Shown piece by piece: positions 51,423-61,775 of a stretch of 64,000 nucleotides of DNA. Made by a program: the position numbers and the translations under genes. The notes below the pieces were generated by a model. It saw nothing but the letters and a program-made list of their open reading frames with translations. It did not search any database and was not told where the DNA came from. Source of the DNA: Mycoplasma sp. CAG:776 (lineage in GTDB: Bacteria > Bacillota_I > Bacilli_A > RF39 > UBA660); the NCBI GenBank assembly GCA_000438195.1, contig FR903071.1, positions 87,394 through 151,393 of the forward strand. Direction: 5' to 3'. Position 1 is the stretch's first letter, and each line of letters begins with the position of its first letter.

Positions 51423-52118
51423 CTATTCCTTTTTATTTTCTTTAATATTTAAATCAATACTACCTTGATCATTTGTTATATCCCCATTCCCACTTACTGG
51501 TATTTCTTCTCCTAAATAAGTAGGTTCTGGTTTAAACAAACATTTTATAAAATCTTTATCTCGTGCTAATATCTCTCTTAATTCTCTAGACATTGCTCCA
51601 TTATAGTCATTAGGAACTGCCTCTATTCCATAAGCTTCTAAATCAAAAGAATTCGCGATATATAATGCTCGATATAAATGATATTTTTGGGTTACAATAA
51701 TTATTTTTTCCGCTCCAAATATTTCTTTAGCTCGTACTATACTATCATATGTAGAAAATCCTGCGTGATCCATGAAAATATCTTCAGAAGGAATTCCGGC
51801 TTCTATTGCATATTCTTTCATAGTGTTTACTTCGTCATATGATTCTTCTCCATGATCTCCACTCATAATTATTTTGGTCGGCTTTTGTTCATATAATGAA
51901 ATGGCTGTTAATAAGCGATCTTCTAGCATAGGACTAGGCTTGTCTCCCCAGATAGCTGCTCCTAAAACTAAAATACAATCTATATCTTCTAAATCTATGT
52001 AATCTTCTTCACTAATTATCTGCTTACTTGTGGATATTTTTACACCAAAGTTTACACTTAAAACTCCAATTATTCCAATTATCAATATTATAATAATCCA
52101 TTTTATTATTTTCTTCAT
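51423..52118 (-). CDS. SanA/YdcF (DUF218) family membrane-anchored protein
   Basis: ILVLGAAIWGDKPSPMLEDRLLTAI...IIMSGD core of DUF218. Confidence 0.75.
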   Translation of the reverse strand: MKKIIKWIIIILIIGIIGVLSVNFGVKISTSKQIISEEDYIDLEDIDCILVLGAAIWGDKPSPMLEDRLLTAISLYEQKPTKIIMSGDHGEESYDEVNTMKEYAIEAGIPSEDIFMDHAGFSTYDSIVRAKEIFGAEKIIIVTQKYHLYRALYIANSFDLEAYGIEAVPNDYNGAMSRELREILARDKDFIKCLFKPEPTYLGEEIPVSGNGDITNDQGSIDLNIKENKKE

Positions 52119-52156
52119 ATTAACTATCCTTTTCTATAAATAATATAGCATATTTT

Positions 52157-52190
52157 TATAAAAAAAAGAACTACTTCTAAAGTAGCTCTT
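52157..52190 (-). terminator. Rho-independent terminator downstream of tRNA-Cys
   Basis: gaactactt-ctaa-agtagctc hairpin. A-run on +, i.e. T-run on the minus strand. Confidence 0.4.
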
Positions 52191-52200
52191 AATAACTTAA

Positions 52201-52274
52201 TGGAGGGGCCTACCGGATTTGAACCGGTGCTCGGGGAGTTGCAGTCCCATGCCTTACCACTTGGCTAAAGCCCC
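52201..52274 (-). tRNA. tRNA-Cys (anticodon GCA), with encoded CCA
   Basis: Reverse complement GGGGCTTTAGCCAAGTGGTAAGGCATGGGACTGCAACTCCCCGAGCACCGGTTCAAATCCGGTAGGCCCCTCCA: acceptor and T-arm pair perfectly, anticodon loop CTGCAAC. Confidence 0.85.
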
Positions 52275-52397
52275 ATGCAAGCGGAATAATACTGCTTTTC
52301 CACTGCACTTATCATTTTACACTATAGTTTAGCCTTTGTCAATTAGTGTAAAACTATTTTATTATTAAATTATATGTTTAAAGCATCTTTTTATTCA

Positions 52398-54197
52398 TTA
52401 TAATTCTTTTCTTGTCTTTAATTCATTATATAAGATTAAAATTAATGACGGTAAAGCAAAAACACATGGTAAAATATATCTAAAATATGTATTCGCTGGG
52501 CCTACAATACATACTAAAATTAACGAGAAAGCTGGTAACAATAAAACAATGTATTTTTTCATCTTATTAACAATTAGCATTCCTAATAGTAATATATGTA
52601 TCCACACAACCATTCCAATATTAGCAATAGTTCCTAGGATTGGAATATATGGGAATGCTTCGCCATACGCAGATAATATACTTCTTAAGCCATTTAAACC
52701 ATTAAAATGATAATCAAACCCTGCTTCTGGTAGTTTATGGTTCAAATCTGTATAAATATACCATGCACTAGTATTTGGATAAAAATAACCATAAACATTA
52801 TTAATTGTAGCATCAATATACACTCCAGGTCTTTTTAATAAATATTTAAACCAAACTTGAAAATATTCTTTTAGTTCTTCGTCTGTTGTGTATTTATTAT
52901 ATTTGTTTTTTACTTTATCTGATAAGTCTGGTTCATATCTTTCACCAAGATCATCATACCCTAATACTTTATCAATAATTTTTTTATCTTCATCACTTAT
53001 TTCATCTCCATAATATTTCGCATATCTAGCTGTTTGCTGGAACGGTACCGATAACATCTCTCTAATGCTAGTATTAGCAATTTCTAAACTTGGAAGTAAA
53101 ACTTTGTTATAACCTATATATATCGCAATATTAAAGATGAAAATAATTAATATTGGTTTTCTTATTTCCTTTTTTAAAATCATAGCAAATGGTAAACTTA
53201 ATACGATTGTATATATACCATTATTTCTAAATAATATTATTAATAAAACTAATAGAGAAAATAATATATACTGTTTTGTCGTTTGCTTGTACTTCATTAT
53301 ATCATATAATTTTATACAGTATAATAATATTAAAGATGAAAAAATAACATCTTTTACGGCAGTCATTGCATAAAAAGGAAAGAGTGGAACTAAAGCATAA
53401 ATTCCTAAAATAATCAATATTAATTTTTTGTTTACTTTTATTTTATTCAAATAGTATATTGAATATGCAAACACACTAATTACAATTATCAACTGAACTA
53501 TTGAATATAAAAACATTCCAAAATTTACATTTCCAATTAAATATCCAACTTTAAATAATCCACCAATTAAAAGAGTATGAATAATAGGATTAAAGTTTGT
53601 AATATATACATTAGGATTTAGCAATACTACACTATCCATATATCTTGTATGAATCCCCATAACTTCTTTTATTTGATTTGCTGCATCATAATTAATAATT
53701 ACAGGATAATAAGCTATAATATATGGTAAGTAACAAATAACTATTACTATGAAACTAAACAAGAATGGATGCTTATCAAATAAAGATAATATTTTCGGAA
53801 GTTTTTCATCTTTTATCTTTTTTTTTACTACTATGTCATTTAGCAAATGAATTGCTGTATTAAATAATACAAAGTAGCCTATCATTTTTAAGATAGAAAA
53901 TATAATAATAGAAACACTGCCAAAAACTAAAGATGAATTTCCAGCAACATCATAACTATATCCAAATACCATTAGCAAACTAAAAATAAGAGATATAACT
54001 CGGTATGTCATTTTTCCTTTAAATTTATTAAAGTATTTATTATAAAAAACAAAAAGGAATATTGCTAAAATTAAATATGTCAACATCATGGTATTAGAAC
54101 GTCCAAATTTTAAACCTTTAGAAGTTATCTCAAATAATAAACTATAAGAAGTGATAATTCCTAATATAAGACAAATTATACTATTGTATTTTTTCAT
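52398..54197 (-). CDS. Large polytopic membrane protein (599 aa), putative GT-C-type glycosyltransferase partner of the GtrA/GT2 pair
   Basis: More than 12 TM with periplasmic loops. Overlaps gtrA-like gene stop/start (ATGA). Function inferred from operon context. Confidence 0.45.
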   Translation of the reverse strand: MKKYNSIICLILGIITSYSLLFEITSKGLKFGRSNTMMLTYLILAIFLFVFYNKYFNKFKGKMTYRVISLIFSLLMVFGYSYDVAGNSSLVFGSVSIIIFSILKMIGYFVLFNTAIHLLNDIVVKKKIKDEKLPKILSLFDKHPFLFSFIVIVICYLPYIIAYYPVIINYDAANQIKEVMGIHTRYMDSVVLLNPNVYITNFNPIIHTLLIGGLFKVGYLIGNVNFGMFLYSIVQLIIVISVFAYSIYYLNKIKVNKKLILIILGIYALVPLFPFYAMTAVKDVIFSSLILLYCIKLYDIMKYKQTTKQYILFSLLVLLIILFRNNGIYTIVLSLPFAMILKKEIRKPILIIFIFNIAIYIGYNKVLLPSLEIANTSIREMLSVPFQQTARYAKYYGDEISDEDKKIIDKVLGYDDLGERYEPDLSDKVKNKYNKYTTDEELKEYFQVWFKYLLKRPGVYIDATINNVYGYFYPNTSAWYIYTDLNHKLPEAGFDYHFNGLNGLRSILSAYGEAFPYIPILGTIANIGMVVWIHILLLGMLIVNKMKKYIVLLLPAFSLILVCIVGPANTYFRYILPCVFALPSLILILYNELKTRKEL

Positions 54198-54631
54198 TTA
54201 ATATTCTCCTTCTTATCGCAAAAAATATATTTCTTTTGAATAAAATAATTTATCATAAATAGTACTATTTCTACTGGAATTTTTATTAAAGTTTCATTGA
54301 AGTTTGTTAGCTTATATAAGATAAATACTAAAGAAGCAGATACACACATTTGAATAACTACCAATATATAATATTTTATTAAAGTTGTTTTATCAATCGT
54401 CTTTGTGTTTTTCTTAAAGACACCATTTCTATTCATTAAATAATTAATAAAAGAAGATATAATTCTAGCTAATATTGTAGCAATTATAATTGATAGATCA
54501 CTTAAAATATTTTTAAGTAATATATTCAATAGGGTAAATAAAGTTAAATCGATAACAAAAGAAATTCCTGCCGATATTATATATTTTAAAAATACACTAT
54601 ATTTTTTAATTACATTAAATAAACTATTCAT
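54194..54631 (-). CDS. GtrA-family polysaccharide flippase-like membrane protein
   Basis: 4 TM, ~145 aa, GtrA-like pattern (FLKYIISAGISFVIDL...). Confidence 0.65.
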   Translation of the reverse strand: MNSLFNVIKKYSVFLKYIISAGISFVIDLTLFTLLNILLKNILSDLSIIIATILARIISSFINYLMNRNGVFKKNTKTIDKTTLIKYYILVVIQMCVSASLVFILYKLTNFNETLIKIPVEIVLFMINYFIQKKYIFCDKKENIK

Positions 54632-54974
54632 TTTCTTTTTCTCCTTTATATTTTAGAATAGCTATTTCTTGAGCTAAGCTCGTAATTTTTGCTTTTTGAG
54701 TTGAAACTATTTCGGTTAATATAAAAGTTATAAATAGTAAAAGGCCAAATCCAATTAAGAATATAAAATTCGATACAGTTGAAATACCTATAATATTACA
54801 TATTATTTTTAAGAATTTAGGAATTAATATAGCAACTACCATTGATATGCAAAAGAGTAGCCATAATAAAGCATATTTCAGTATCAAGTTTCTTTTTAAT
54901 ACTCTATGCCACACATATAAAATAAAAATAACAGCAAATATTATTAAGGTAACTACTAACTTCCATGATAGCAT
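54624..54974 (-). CDS. Small membrane protein (DUF2304-like) commonly adjacent to GT2/GtrB genes
   Basis: 3-4 TM, 116 aa. Overlaps both neighbours. Confidence 0.4.
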   Translation of the reverse strand: MLSWKLVVTLIIFAVIFILYVWHRVLKRNLILKYALLWLLFCISMVVAILIPKFLKIICNIIGISTVSNFIFLIGFGLLLFITFILTEIVSTQKAKITSLAQEIAILKYKGEKENE

Positions 54975-55717
54975 TATTGTTCATCCTTCCTTTCTTTTTT
55001 TGTTGAAGCTCCAGCAACAATAATTGCTAAGCTCACTTTTATCATATAGTAAACAGCTTTTAGTGGGTTGATAGAGCTTTTACCATTTTCTCTTTCATTC
55101 ATTTTTACAGGAACTTCACTTACTTTATAACCTTTTTTTATTACAGATACTATGGTATCAGGCTCAGGATAATCACTTGGATAATCATTAGCAAATAATT
55201 TGATGATTTCCTTATCAGCTGCTCGAAAGCCACTTGTAGGGTCATATATTTTTTTCCCTGTAAATATTTTTATTAAAATTGATAGAATTTCTTTACCTAA
55301 TCTTCTCATTTTGCTTGATTTAAAAGTACTTAATTCACTTACAAATCTTGAGCCTATTACAATATTATTTCCCTTTTTTATTTCTTCAATTAAATCTTTA
55401 ATATAGTTCCCGTCGTGTTGTCCATCACCATCATATTGGATTGCAATATCATAATTGTTATAATAAGCATATTTATATCCAGTTTGAACTGCACCACCTA
55501 TCCCAAGATTAAATGGTAAATCTATCATATTTATCTTGTTTTCTTTACAAACCTTTTTTGTTTGATCAGTTGAACCATCATTTATAACAATGTAATCAAG
55601 CGTATGGTCTTTTAACTTAATTTCTTTTAGTTTACTTATTGTTTTGATAATATTTTTTTCTTCATTATACGCAGGGATAATCATTAATACTTTCATAACT
55701 TCTCTCATTTCTTTCAA
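54974..55717 (-). CDS. Family 2 glycosyltransferase (GtrB/CsbB-like polyprenyl-phosphate sugar synthase)
   Basis: GT2 motifs: IIPAYNEEKNI, DGSTD, DxD-region YDGDGQHD. Confidence 0.85.
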   Translation of the reverse strand: MKEMREVMKVLMIIPAYNEEKNIIKTISKLKEIKLKDHTLDYIVINDGSTDQTKKVCKENKINMIDLPFNLGIGGAVQTGYKYAYYNNYDIAIQYDGDGQHDGNYIKDLIEEIKKGNNIVIGSRFVSELSTFKSSKMRRLGKEILSILIKIFTGKKIYDPTSGFRAADKEIIKLFANDYPSDYPEPDTIVSVIKKGYKVSEVPVKMNERENGKSSINPLKAVYYMIKVSLAIIVAGASTKKERKDEQ

Positions 55718-55772
55718 AAATATTATAGCATATTGTCATAAAAACTGCAATTTTGATGTTTATAGCCTTTTA

Positions 55773-56708
55773 TTAGAGCATGTTTTTCTTTTTTAATATA
55801 AATGCTATCAGTAAAGATAATAATAATGATAATAATATAATTAGAATAAAACTAAATGAAGATGAGCCAACTTTACCTAAAGGAACGTTCATTCCAATAA
55901 AAGACGCTACCATTGTAGGTATTGAAAATACAATTGTTATTCCCGCTAAAAATTTCATTACATCATTTAAATTGTTAGAAATAATTGTCGCATAAGTATC
56001 TGTCATACTTGACAATATTTCTCTATATATTGTAGCCATTTCGATTGCCTGTTTATTTTCTATTAATGCATCTTCTAATAACTCTTCATCTTCTTTTTCA
56101 ACGGGTATTATTGTTCCTTTGGCTATTTTTTCTAAAGCTATTTCATTTGCTTTTAACGAATTAATAAAATAGACTAATGTTTTTTCAATATCCAATAAAT
56201 GTATTAATTCCTTATTATTTGTAGATTTAGAAAGAATTTTTTCTCTACTGTCAATATATTTATTAATGTTTGTTAATTCCTTTTGATAAATACCCGCTAC
56301 CATAGTAAATATTTGCAAAATAAAACTTGTCTTATTTTTTCCTCTTAAATTATTTACTTCATTTTGTTTAAAATAATCTAAAAACGGCTGTTCTTTTAAG
56401 GAAACTGTGATCAAGTATCCTTTTTCACTTATAATTATTCCTAATGGATTAGTTCTATATTTGTGTTTATTATTATCGGCTACATAAGGAGTATCTAATA
56501 TTATAACTGTTTCTTCTTTTCGTTTTTCTATCCTCGGTAACTCTTCTTCATCTAATAATTTAGTAATTATTTCTTTATTAATCTCCGTATTTTGTATAAC
56601 TTTTTCTAATTCTTCTAAAGTTGGATTGGTTAAATCAATCCAACTTCCTTTTTTTATAGAAGAGATATTTGTCAATCTTCTATCTATTACTTCATAAATA
56701 TTTATCAT
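55773..56708 (-). CDS. corA: CorA-family magnesium/cobalt transporter
   Basis: C-terminal two TMs with GMN motif (FIGMNVPLG). Confidence 0.85.
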   Translation of the reverse strand: MINIYEVIDRRLTNISSIKKGSWIDLTNPTLEELEKVIQNTEINKEIITKLLDEEELPRIEKRKEETVIILDTPYVADNNKHKYRTNPLGIIISEKGYLITVSLKEQPFLDYFKQNEVNNLRGKNKTSFILQIFTMVAGIYQKELTNINKYIDSREKILSKSTNNKELIHLLDIEKTLVYFINSLKANEIALEKIAKGTIIPVEKEDEELLEDALIENKQAIEMATIYREILSSMTDTYATIISNNLNDVMKFLAGITIVFSIPTMVASFIGMNVPLGKVGSSSFSFILIILLSLLLSLLIAFILKKKNML

Positions 56709-56760
56709 ATTATCACCTAATTTTATTTTACCACATTCTACTTCATTTTTATTATAAACT

Positions 56761-57108
56761 TTATAATTTCTCTAAAATCTCCCCTTCTTCCATGATAATT
56801 TTCAATTCTTTTTGAATACTTTCTAAATCTTTTAAAATTCTTTTTTCTTCTTTGGCATTTTTATATTCTTGATTTTCCATTTTATAAATTAAATAGCGAC
56901 TAGCTGCAAGCGTTAGTAATTGCTTTGTTAACTTTTCTACTTTTAAATTTCTGAATTTTTTGCGCCATTCTTTGTAAGCTAGATAAGCATTAAAATACCA
57001 GTATTGTGTTTTTAGTATCTCATCATAATAGCTTTCTACTAACTCCATTTCATCTTTTTTGTAACAGATAAAATATATTTCTATATTTTCTTCTTTTTCT
57101 TGATACAT
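56761..57108 (-). CDS. Hypothetical protein (115 aa)
   Basis: ORF only. Confidence 0.3.
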   Translation of the reverse strand: MYQEKEENIEIYFICYKKDEMELVESYYDEILKTQYWYFNAYLAYKEWRKKFRNLKVEKLTKQLLTLAASRYLIYKMENQEYKNAKEEKRILKDLESIQKELKIIMEEGEILEKL

Positions 57109-57297
57109 ACGTTCACCTCTTTTCTATGCGATAATCATATAACTTTTTTTCTTATCTATCAAATTGTGAAAATATTAAAATATATAGTGAAATTGTTTAA
57201 TTTTAATTATAAATTTCTTTTTTTATGAGTAAAATAGATTAAATAATGAATTAAATTATTATTATTTTTAAATTTTAAAAAAATAACTCTTTTTGAG

Positions 57298-57867
57298 TTA
57301 TTCTTGAACTTCACTTACGACATACAATTGTAAATTTAAATTTCCATTGTTTATTTCATCTGCTACTAAATCTTCATCTATCCAAATTCTAATGTACTTG
57401 GTCGTTCCACTCGCTCCGGCATTTAAGTTTCCTGTATCGATCCGATAATATGTTGTTCCATTTTCAACTATTGTTTCTGCTATTGAACTTAATACTTTGG
57501 AACTACTTCCACTTGAAGCATTTCCGTCAGTAGAAATTTTTATACTACTTAAAGGAATATTATTACCACTTCCTGCATAAATATATAAAGAATAAGTTGC
57601 TGGTAAATTACTATCTGTATTCTGAACTGTATAACTAACTGGACTAGATTTTAAGCCTTCTGTTGTCGACATTGGCTCACTTAATTTAAGAGCATTAAAA
57701 TCTGTTACTGTTAATTTTAAAGTTCCGGCTGTTATTACCTGATCCCTACTATTTGTTTTAACATCAAAAAATATTGCATAGCTAACCCCAATTACTGTTA
57801 TAGTCACTAGGATTACTGCAATGGCAATTATTGTTGTTTGTTTTTTGATAATATCTTTTATCTTCAT
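57298..57867 (-). CDS. TasA/CalY/camelysin-family secreted protein with SipW-cognate-class signal peptide
   Basis: N-terminus AIAVILVTITVIGVSYAIFFDVKTNSRDQVITAGTLKLTV matches the A-x-F-x-D...GTL motif of SipW-dependent signal peptides. 189 aa. Confidence 0.55.
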   Translation of the reverse strand: MKIKDIIKKQTTIIAIAVILVTITVIGVSYAIFFDVKTNSRDQVITAGTLKLTVTDFNALKLSEPMSTTEGLKSSPVSYTVQNTDSNLPATYSLYIYAGSGNNIPLSSIKISTDGNASSGSSSKVLSSIAETIVENGTTYYRIDTGNLNAGASGTTKYIRIWIDEDLVADEINNGNLNLQLYVVSEVQE

Positions 57868-57940
57868 ATACTATCACCGTATTTTAATAATACCATAAAT
57901 TAAGGATAAAATACAAGCTAATTTTGTTAGTTTTTTTAAA

Positions 57941-58381
57941 TTATGCTAATTCTTTTAATTTGTAGTGATAGTTTAACATGTTTTTATTTATATTTAATGT
58001 TATTTTGTATCCTCTTTGACTTCCTTTTATTGCTTCTTCTGATATAATATATACAAAAAAATCTTTTTCTTTTTTATGTGGATAATTTTCTAATAATTTT
58101 GTATTTTCATTTATAGTTATTTTTATATTATTATAGTTCTTATCGGCTATTAATAATAGTTGATATTTTCTATTAGTCGTAGATGAATTACCTACTATTA
58201 CATTATCATATCCATCAACATTGTTTGTTTTTAGCTCTAAATTATTTAAACCTGCTAAAGTCTTTTGTAAATTCATCTCTATTTTTCTATTAAAGTAATT
58301 CCATGTTGGCATGGATATAATTACTATTAAAATTATAATCAAAATTTCTATGATTTTAGTTTTTATTATCTTGTCTACCAT
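57941..58381 (-). CDS. Membrane-anchored hypothetical protein (146 aa)
   Basis: N-terminal TM. Upstream of the tasA-like gene on the same strand. Confidence 0.35.
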   Translation of the reverse strand: MVDKIIKTKIIEILIIILIVIISMPTWNYFNRKIEMNLQKTLAGLNNLELKTNNVDGYDNVIVGNSSTTNRKYQLLLIADKNYNNIKITINENTKLLENYPHKKEKDFFVYIISEEAIKGSQRGYKITLNINKNMLNYHYKLKELA

Positions 58382-58762
58382 TTTTCCCCACCTGAATGGT
58401 TTATACTTTAACAGATTCTTTATTCAAAGTCAAATTTTAGTCATATGGATGTTTATTTAATACAATTTGTCTTATGATGAAAGCAAATTTCTTTTTTCTT
58501 TTCAATTACAATATGTTTCATTATAAACCTAACACTTACTTTATTTGCTACCTCACTAAACTAATTTAAATTACAGTATGTTTCATTATAAACTGGTGAT
58601 TTTCCTAGAAAAATATTGGTTTAAAATATTATATTTAAATATTTTACTATAAAATCAATATTTTTTTAACCTTTTTTCTGTCGATCTCCCGGCATTTTTA
58701 CAATATTATAGGTCGACAGATATATTAAATTTAGCAAAAGGTAAGTTTTTAATTCTTACCTT

Positions 58763-61162
58763 TTATTTTACAACAATATTAACTATTTTTCCTTTTACAA
58801 TAATAATTTTAATAATTTCTTTATTTTCAAGATGTTTTTTTACATTTTCATTTGATAAAGCTTTTCTTTTTATTTGTTCCTCATCTTCGTCTTTAGAAAT
58901 GTTAATTTCTCCTCTTAATTTTCCATTTACTTGTACACCAATTGTTATTTCATTATCAATTGTTTTTTCTTCATCATATACTGGCCATGTAGATTCACAA
59001 AGTGGTTTATATCCTAACATTTCGTTTAATTCTTCAGTAATGTGAGGGGCTATAGGATTTAAAAGTGTTAATAAAACTTGATAATCTTTTTTAGTAATTT
59101 CTTCTTTTTCTTCATATTTATTTGCTAAAATCATTAGTGTTGATACGGCTGTATTATATCCTAAATGACTTAAATCATATTCTACTTTCTTTATACTTTT
59201 ATTGATAATTACTTCTAAATCTTTAGAATATTCTTCTTTATTAATAACTCTATCCTTTAAACGAATAATTTTATCAATAAATCTTTTACATCCTTTTAGA
59301 GAATCTGTACTCCATGGACTATCTTGTTCATAGTCTCCCATAAACATTTCATATACTCTTAGAGTATCTGCTCCAAATTCACGAACGATATCGTCGGGAT
59401 TAATTACATTTCCTTTAGATTTACTCATTTTTTGATTATCACTACCTAAAACCATTCCATGACTAACACGAGTATCTATCATTTCCTTATTTGGAACTAA
59501 CCCAATATTATATAAGAATTGAACCCAAAATCTAGCATATAACAAATGTCTTGCAGTATGTTCCATTCCACCATTATACCAGTTTACTTTATTCCAATAT
59601 TTCATGTTTTCCATTGAAGCAAATTCTTTAGTATTATGAGGATCCATAAATCTTAAGAAATACCATGATGATCCTGCCCAGTTCGGCATAGTATCAGTTT
59701 CTCTTTTGGCTGCAGCTCCACATTTTGGACATGTTGTATTTACCCAATCAGTAATTTTAGCTAAAGGAGACTCACCATTATCAGTTGGTTCATATTCGGC
59801 TACATCTGGAAGTAATAAAGGTAAATCGCTTTCTTTCATTGGCACCCATCCACAATGCTCGCAATAAATCATTGGAATTGGTTCTCCCCAAAATCTTTGT
59901 CTTGAGAAAATCCAGTCACGCATTTTATAATTTACTTTCTTTTTACCACAGTTATTTTCCTCTAAATAATCTAACATTTTATTAATAGCGTCTTCTTTAT
60001 TTAAACCATCCAAGAAGCTAGAATTAATATGAATACCATCTCCTTCATAAGCACTTTCTTCAATATTAATCTCCTCATTTTCACCTTTTAATACTTGAAT
60101 AATTGGAATATTAAACTTTTTAGCAAATGCATAGTCTCGACTATCATGAGCAGGTACAGCCATAATTGCTCCAGTTCCATAGCTTGCTAAAACATAATCA
60201 CTTATGTAAATAGGAATTTTTTTATTATTTACAGGGTTAATGGCATAAGCCCCAATAAATACACCTGTTTTTTCTTTATTTAATTCTGTTCTTTCCATCT
60301 CATTCTTTAGAGAACATTCCTCTTGATATTTTTTTACTTCTTCTTCTTTTTCTTTAGAAGTTATCTTATTTACTAGAGGATGTTCTGGCGATAAAACGCA
60401 GTATGTAGCTCCAAAAAGAGTATCACATCTCGTTGTAAATACTGTAAATGCTTCATCAAAGCCATCTACTTTAAAATCTACTTCTGCTCCAATTGATTTA
60501 CCAATCCAATTGATTTGTCCTAATTTTACTTTAGGAGCAAAGTTTGTATCTTCTAAACCATTTAATAAATCCTCAGCATAATCACTCATTCTAAGCATCC
60601 ATTGGCTTTTATTTTTTTGAACTACTTGAGTACCACATCTTTCACATACTCCGCCAGCAGCATCCTCATTTGACAATACAGTTTTACAATTAGGGCACCA
60701 ATTTACTGGCACGGTTGCTTTATAGGCCATATCATGTTTATAAAATTGTAAAAATTGCCATTGTGTCCATTTATAATATTCTGGATCAGTAGTAGAAAAC
60801 TCTCTATCCCAATCAAAAGAGAACCCTAATGTTTTCATTTGTCTTTTGAAAGTCTTGATATTTTCCTTTACGGCTTCTTTAGGGTGAATATGATTTTTAA
60901 TTGCATATTGTTCGGCTGGAGCACCAAAGGCATCCCATCCCATTGGAAATAAAACATTTTCTCCTTGCATTCTCTTCATTCTTGCAATAGCGTCTTGAGC
61001 CGTATAACTTCTTACATGTCCAACATGTAACCCAGATCCTGATGGATATGGAAATTCTACTAATATATAATAGGGATTTTTATCATTTTTCTCTATTGCT
61101 TTAAATGATTTATGCTCCTCCCAATAATTTTGCCATTTTTTTTCTATTTCTTGATAATTCAT
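58763..61162 (-). CDS. leuS: Leucine--tRNA ligase
   Basis: HVGH (class I HIGH variant), KMSKS, editing domain. 799 aa. Confidence 0.95.
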   Translation of the reverse strand: MNYQEIEKKWQNYWEEHKSFKAIEKNDKNPYYILVEFPYPSGSGLHVGHVRSYTAQDAIARMKRMQGENVLFPMGWDAFGAPAEQYAIKNHIHPKEAVKENIKTFKRQMKTLGFSFDWDREFSTTDPEYYKWTQWQFLQFYKHDMAYKATVPVNWCPNCKTVLSNEDAAGGVCERCGTQVVQKNKSQWMLRMSDYAEDLLNGLEDTNFAPKVKLGQINWIGKSIGAEVDFKVDGFDEAFTVFTTRCDTLFGATYCVLSPEHPLVNKITSKEKEEEVKKYQEECSLKNEMERTELNKEKTGVFIGAYAINPVNNKKIPIYISDYVLASYGTGAIMAVPAHDSRDYAFAKKFNIPIIQVLKGENEEINIEESAYEGDGIHINSSFLDGLNKEDAINKMLDYLEENNCGKKKVNYKMRDWIFSRQRFWGEPIPMIYCEHCGWVPMKESDLPLLLPDVAEYEPTDNGESPLAKITDWVNTTCPKCGAAAKRETDTMPNWAGSSWYFLRFMDPHNTKEFASMENMKYWNKVNWYNGGMEHTARHLLYARFWVQFLYNIGLVPNKEMIDTRVSHGMVLGSDNQKMSKSKGNVINPDDIVREFGADTLRVYEMFMGDYEQDSPWSTDSLKGCKRFIDKIIRLKDRVINKEEYSKDLEVIINKSIKKVEYDLSHLGYNTAVSTLMILANKYEEKEEITKKDYQVLLTLLNPIAPHITEELNEMLGYKPLCESTWPVYDEEKTIDNEITIGVQVNGKLRGEINISKDEDEEQIKRKALSNENVKKHLENKEIIKIIIVKGKIVNIVVK

Positions 61163-61557
61163 TTCTTAATTTCCTCCTTTTTAATATGTCTGCCATATAT
61201 TTCATATAATGCATAAATTAGTCCAAATAGTAGAGCAAATGCTATAATCAACTGCCACATGATAGCAAAAGGCATTAGCATGATAACACTTGATACTACA
61301 GAAATAATAAAGGCATTTATTAATGATATTACAATAATCATTTTATCCATATTTAATTTCTTTTTGTCTAATTTAAATTTCATTGTCAAATAATCTATCT
61401 CACTAATATTTTTAATCTTTTTCTTTTTCCCCTTTTTAGTCATACCTTTATTTTTAATTAAGTTCAGCTTTCTTTTATTAATTAAAAAATAATCCACTAC
61501 AAAAACAATTATTAATAATGCTATAAAAATGTAGATCGATAATAAATATTCATTCAT
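61159..61557 (-). CDS. Small membrane protein (132 aa) between the T-box leader and leuS, translationally coupled to leuS (ATGA overlap)
   Basis: Start MNEYLLS at 61557 with GGAGGAGG RBS. 3 predicted TMs. The longer track ORF (to 61683) would overlap the T-box element. Confidence 0.5.
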   Translation of the reverse strand: MNEYLLSIYIFIALLIIVFVVDYFLINKRKLNLIKNKGMTKKGKKKKIKNISEIDYLTMKFKLDKKKLNMDKMIIVISLINAFIISVVSSVIMLMPFAIMWQLIIAFALLFGLIYALYEIYGRHIKKEEIKK

Positions 61558-61559
61558 AT

Positions 61560-61775
61560 ATTTCCTCCTCCAAAATAAAAAGATGGAACCAAAAGGGCGT
61601 TTTATAAACGCGGTACCACCTTCATTTATTACTTTATTAGTCTTTAAGGGAACTATCCCATATACTCCAAAAAGCAAGTTCATAATTTTCTTTTATCTGT
61701 TTCCATCTACCACAGACTTTCTATAAAAAGAAAGGTTATTACTACTCTTTTTTTCCACGTATTTACCCTATTTTA
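61560..61775 (-). promoter_or_regulatory. T-box riboswitch leader of the leuS operon, with promoter at ~61770..61797 (TTGAAT-17-TAAAAT)
   Basis: Minus-strand reading gives AATGAAGGTGGTACCGCG (T-box consensus GGTGGTACCGCG at 61609..61620), followed by terminator stem GCGTTT-ATA-AAACGC plus T-run. AGAGTAG-like stem I start. Confidence 0.6.

Noticed and set aside
61159-61683. Full-length track ORF 61159..61683 (174 aa)
   Set aside because: Its first 42 codons overlap the T-box consensus and terminator. An internal ATG at 61557 with a GGAGGAGG RBS is the likelier start, so the longer ORF is not credited.
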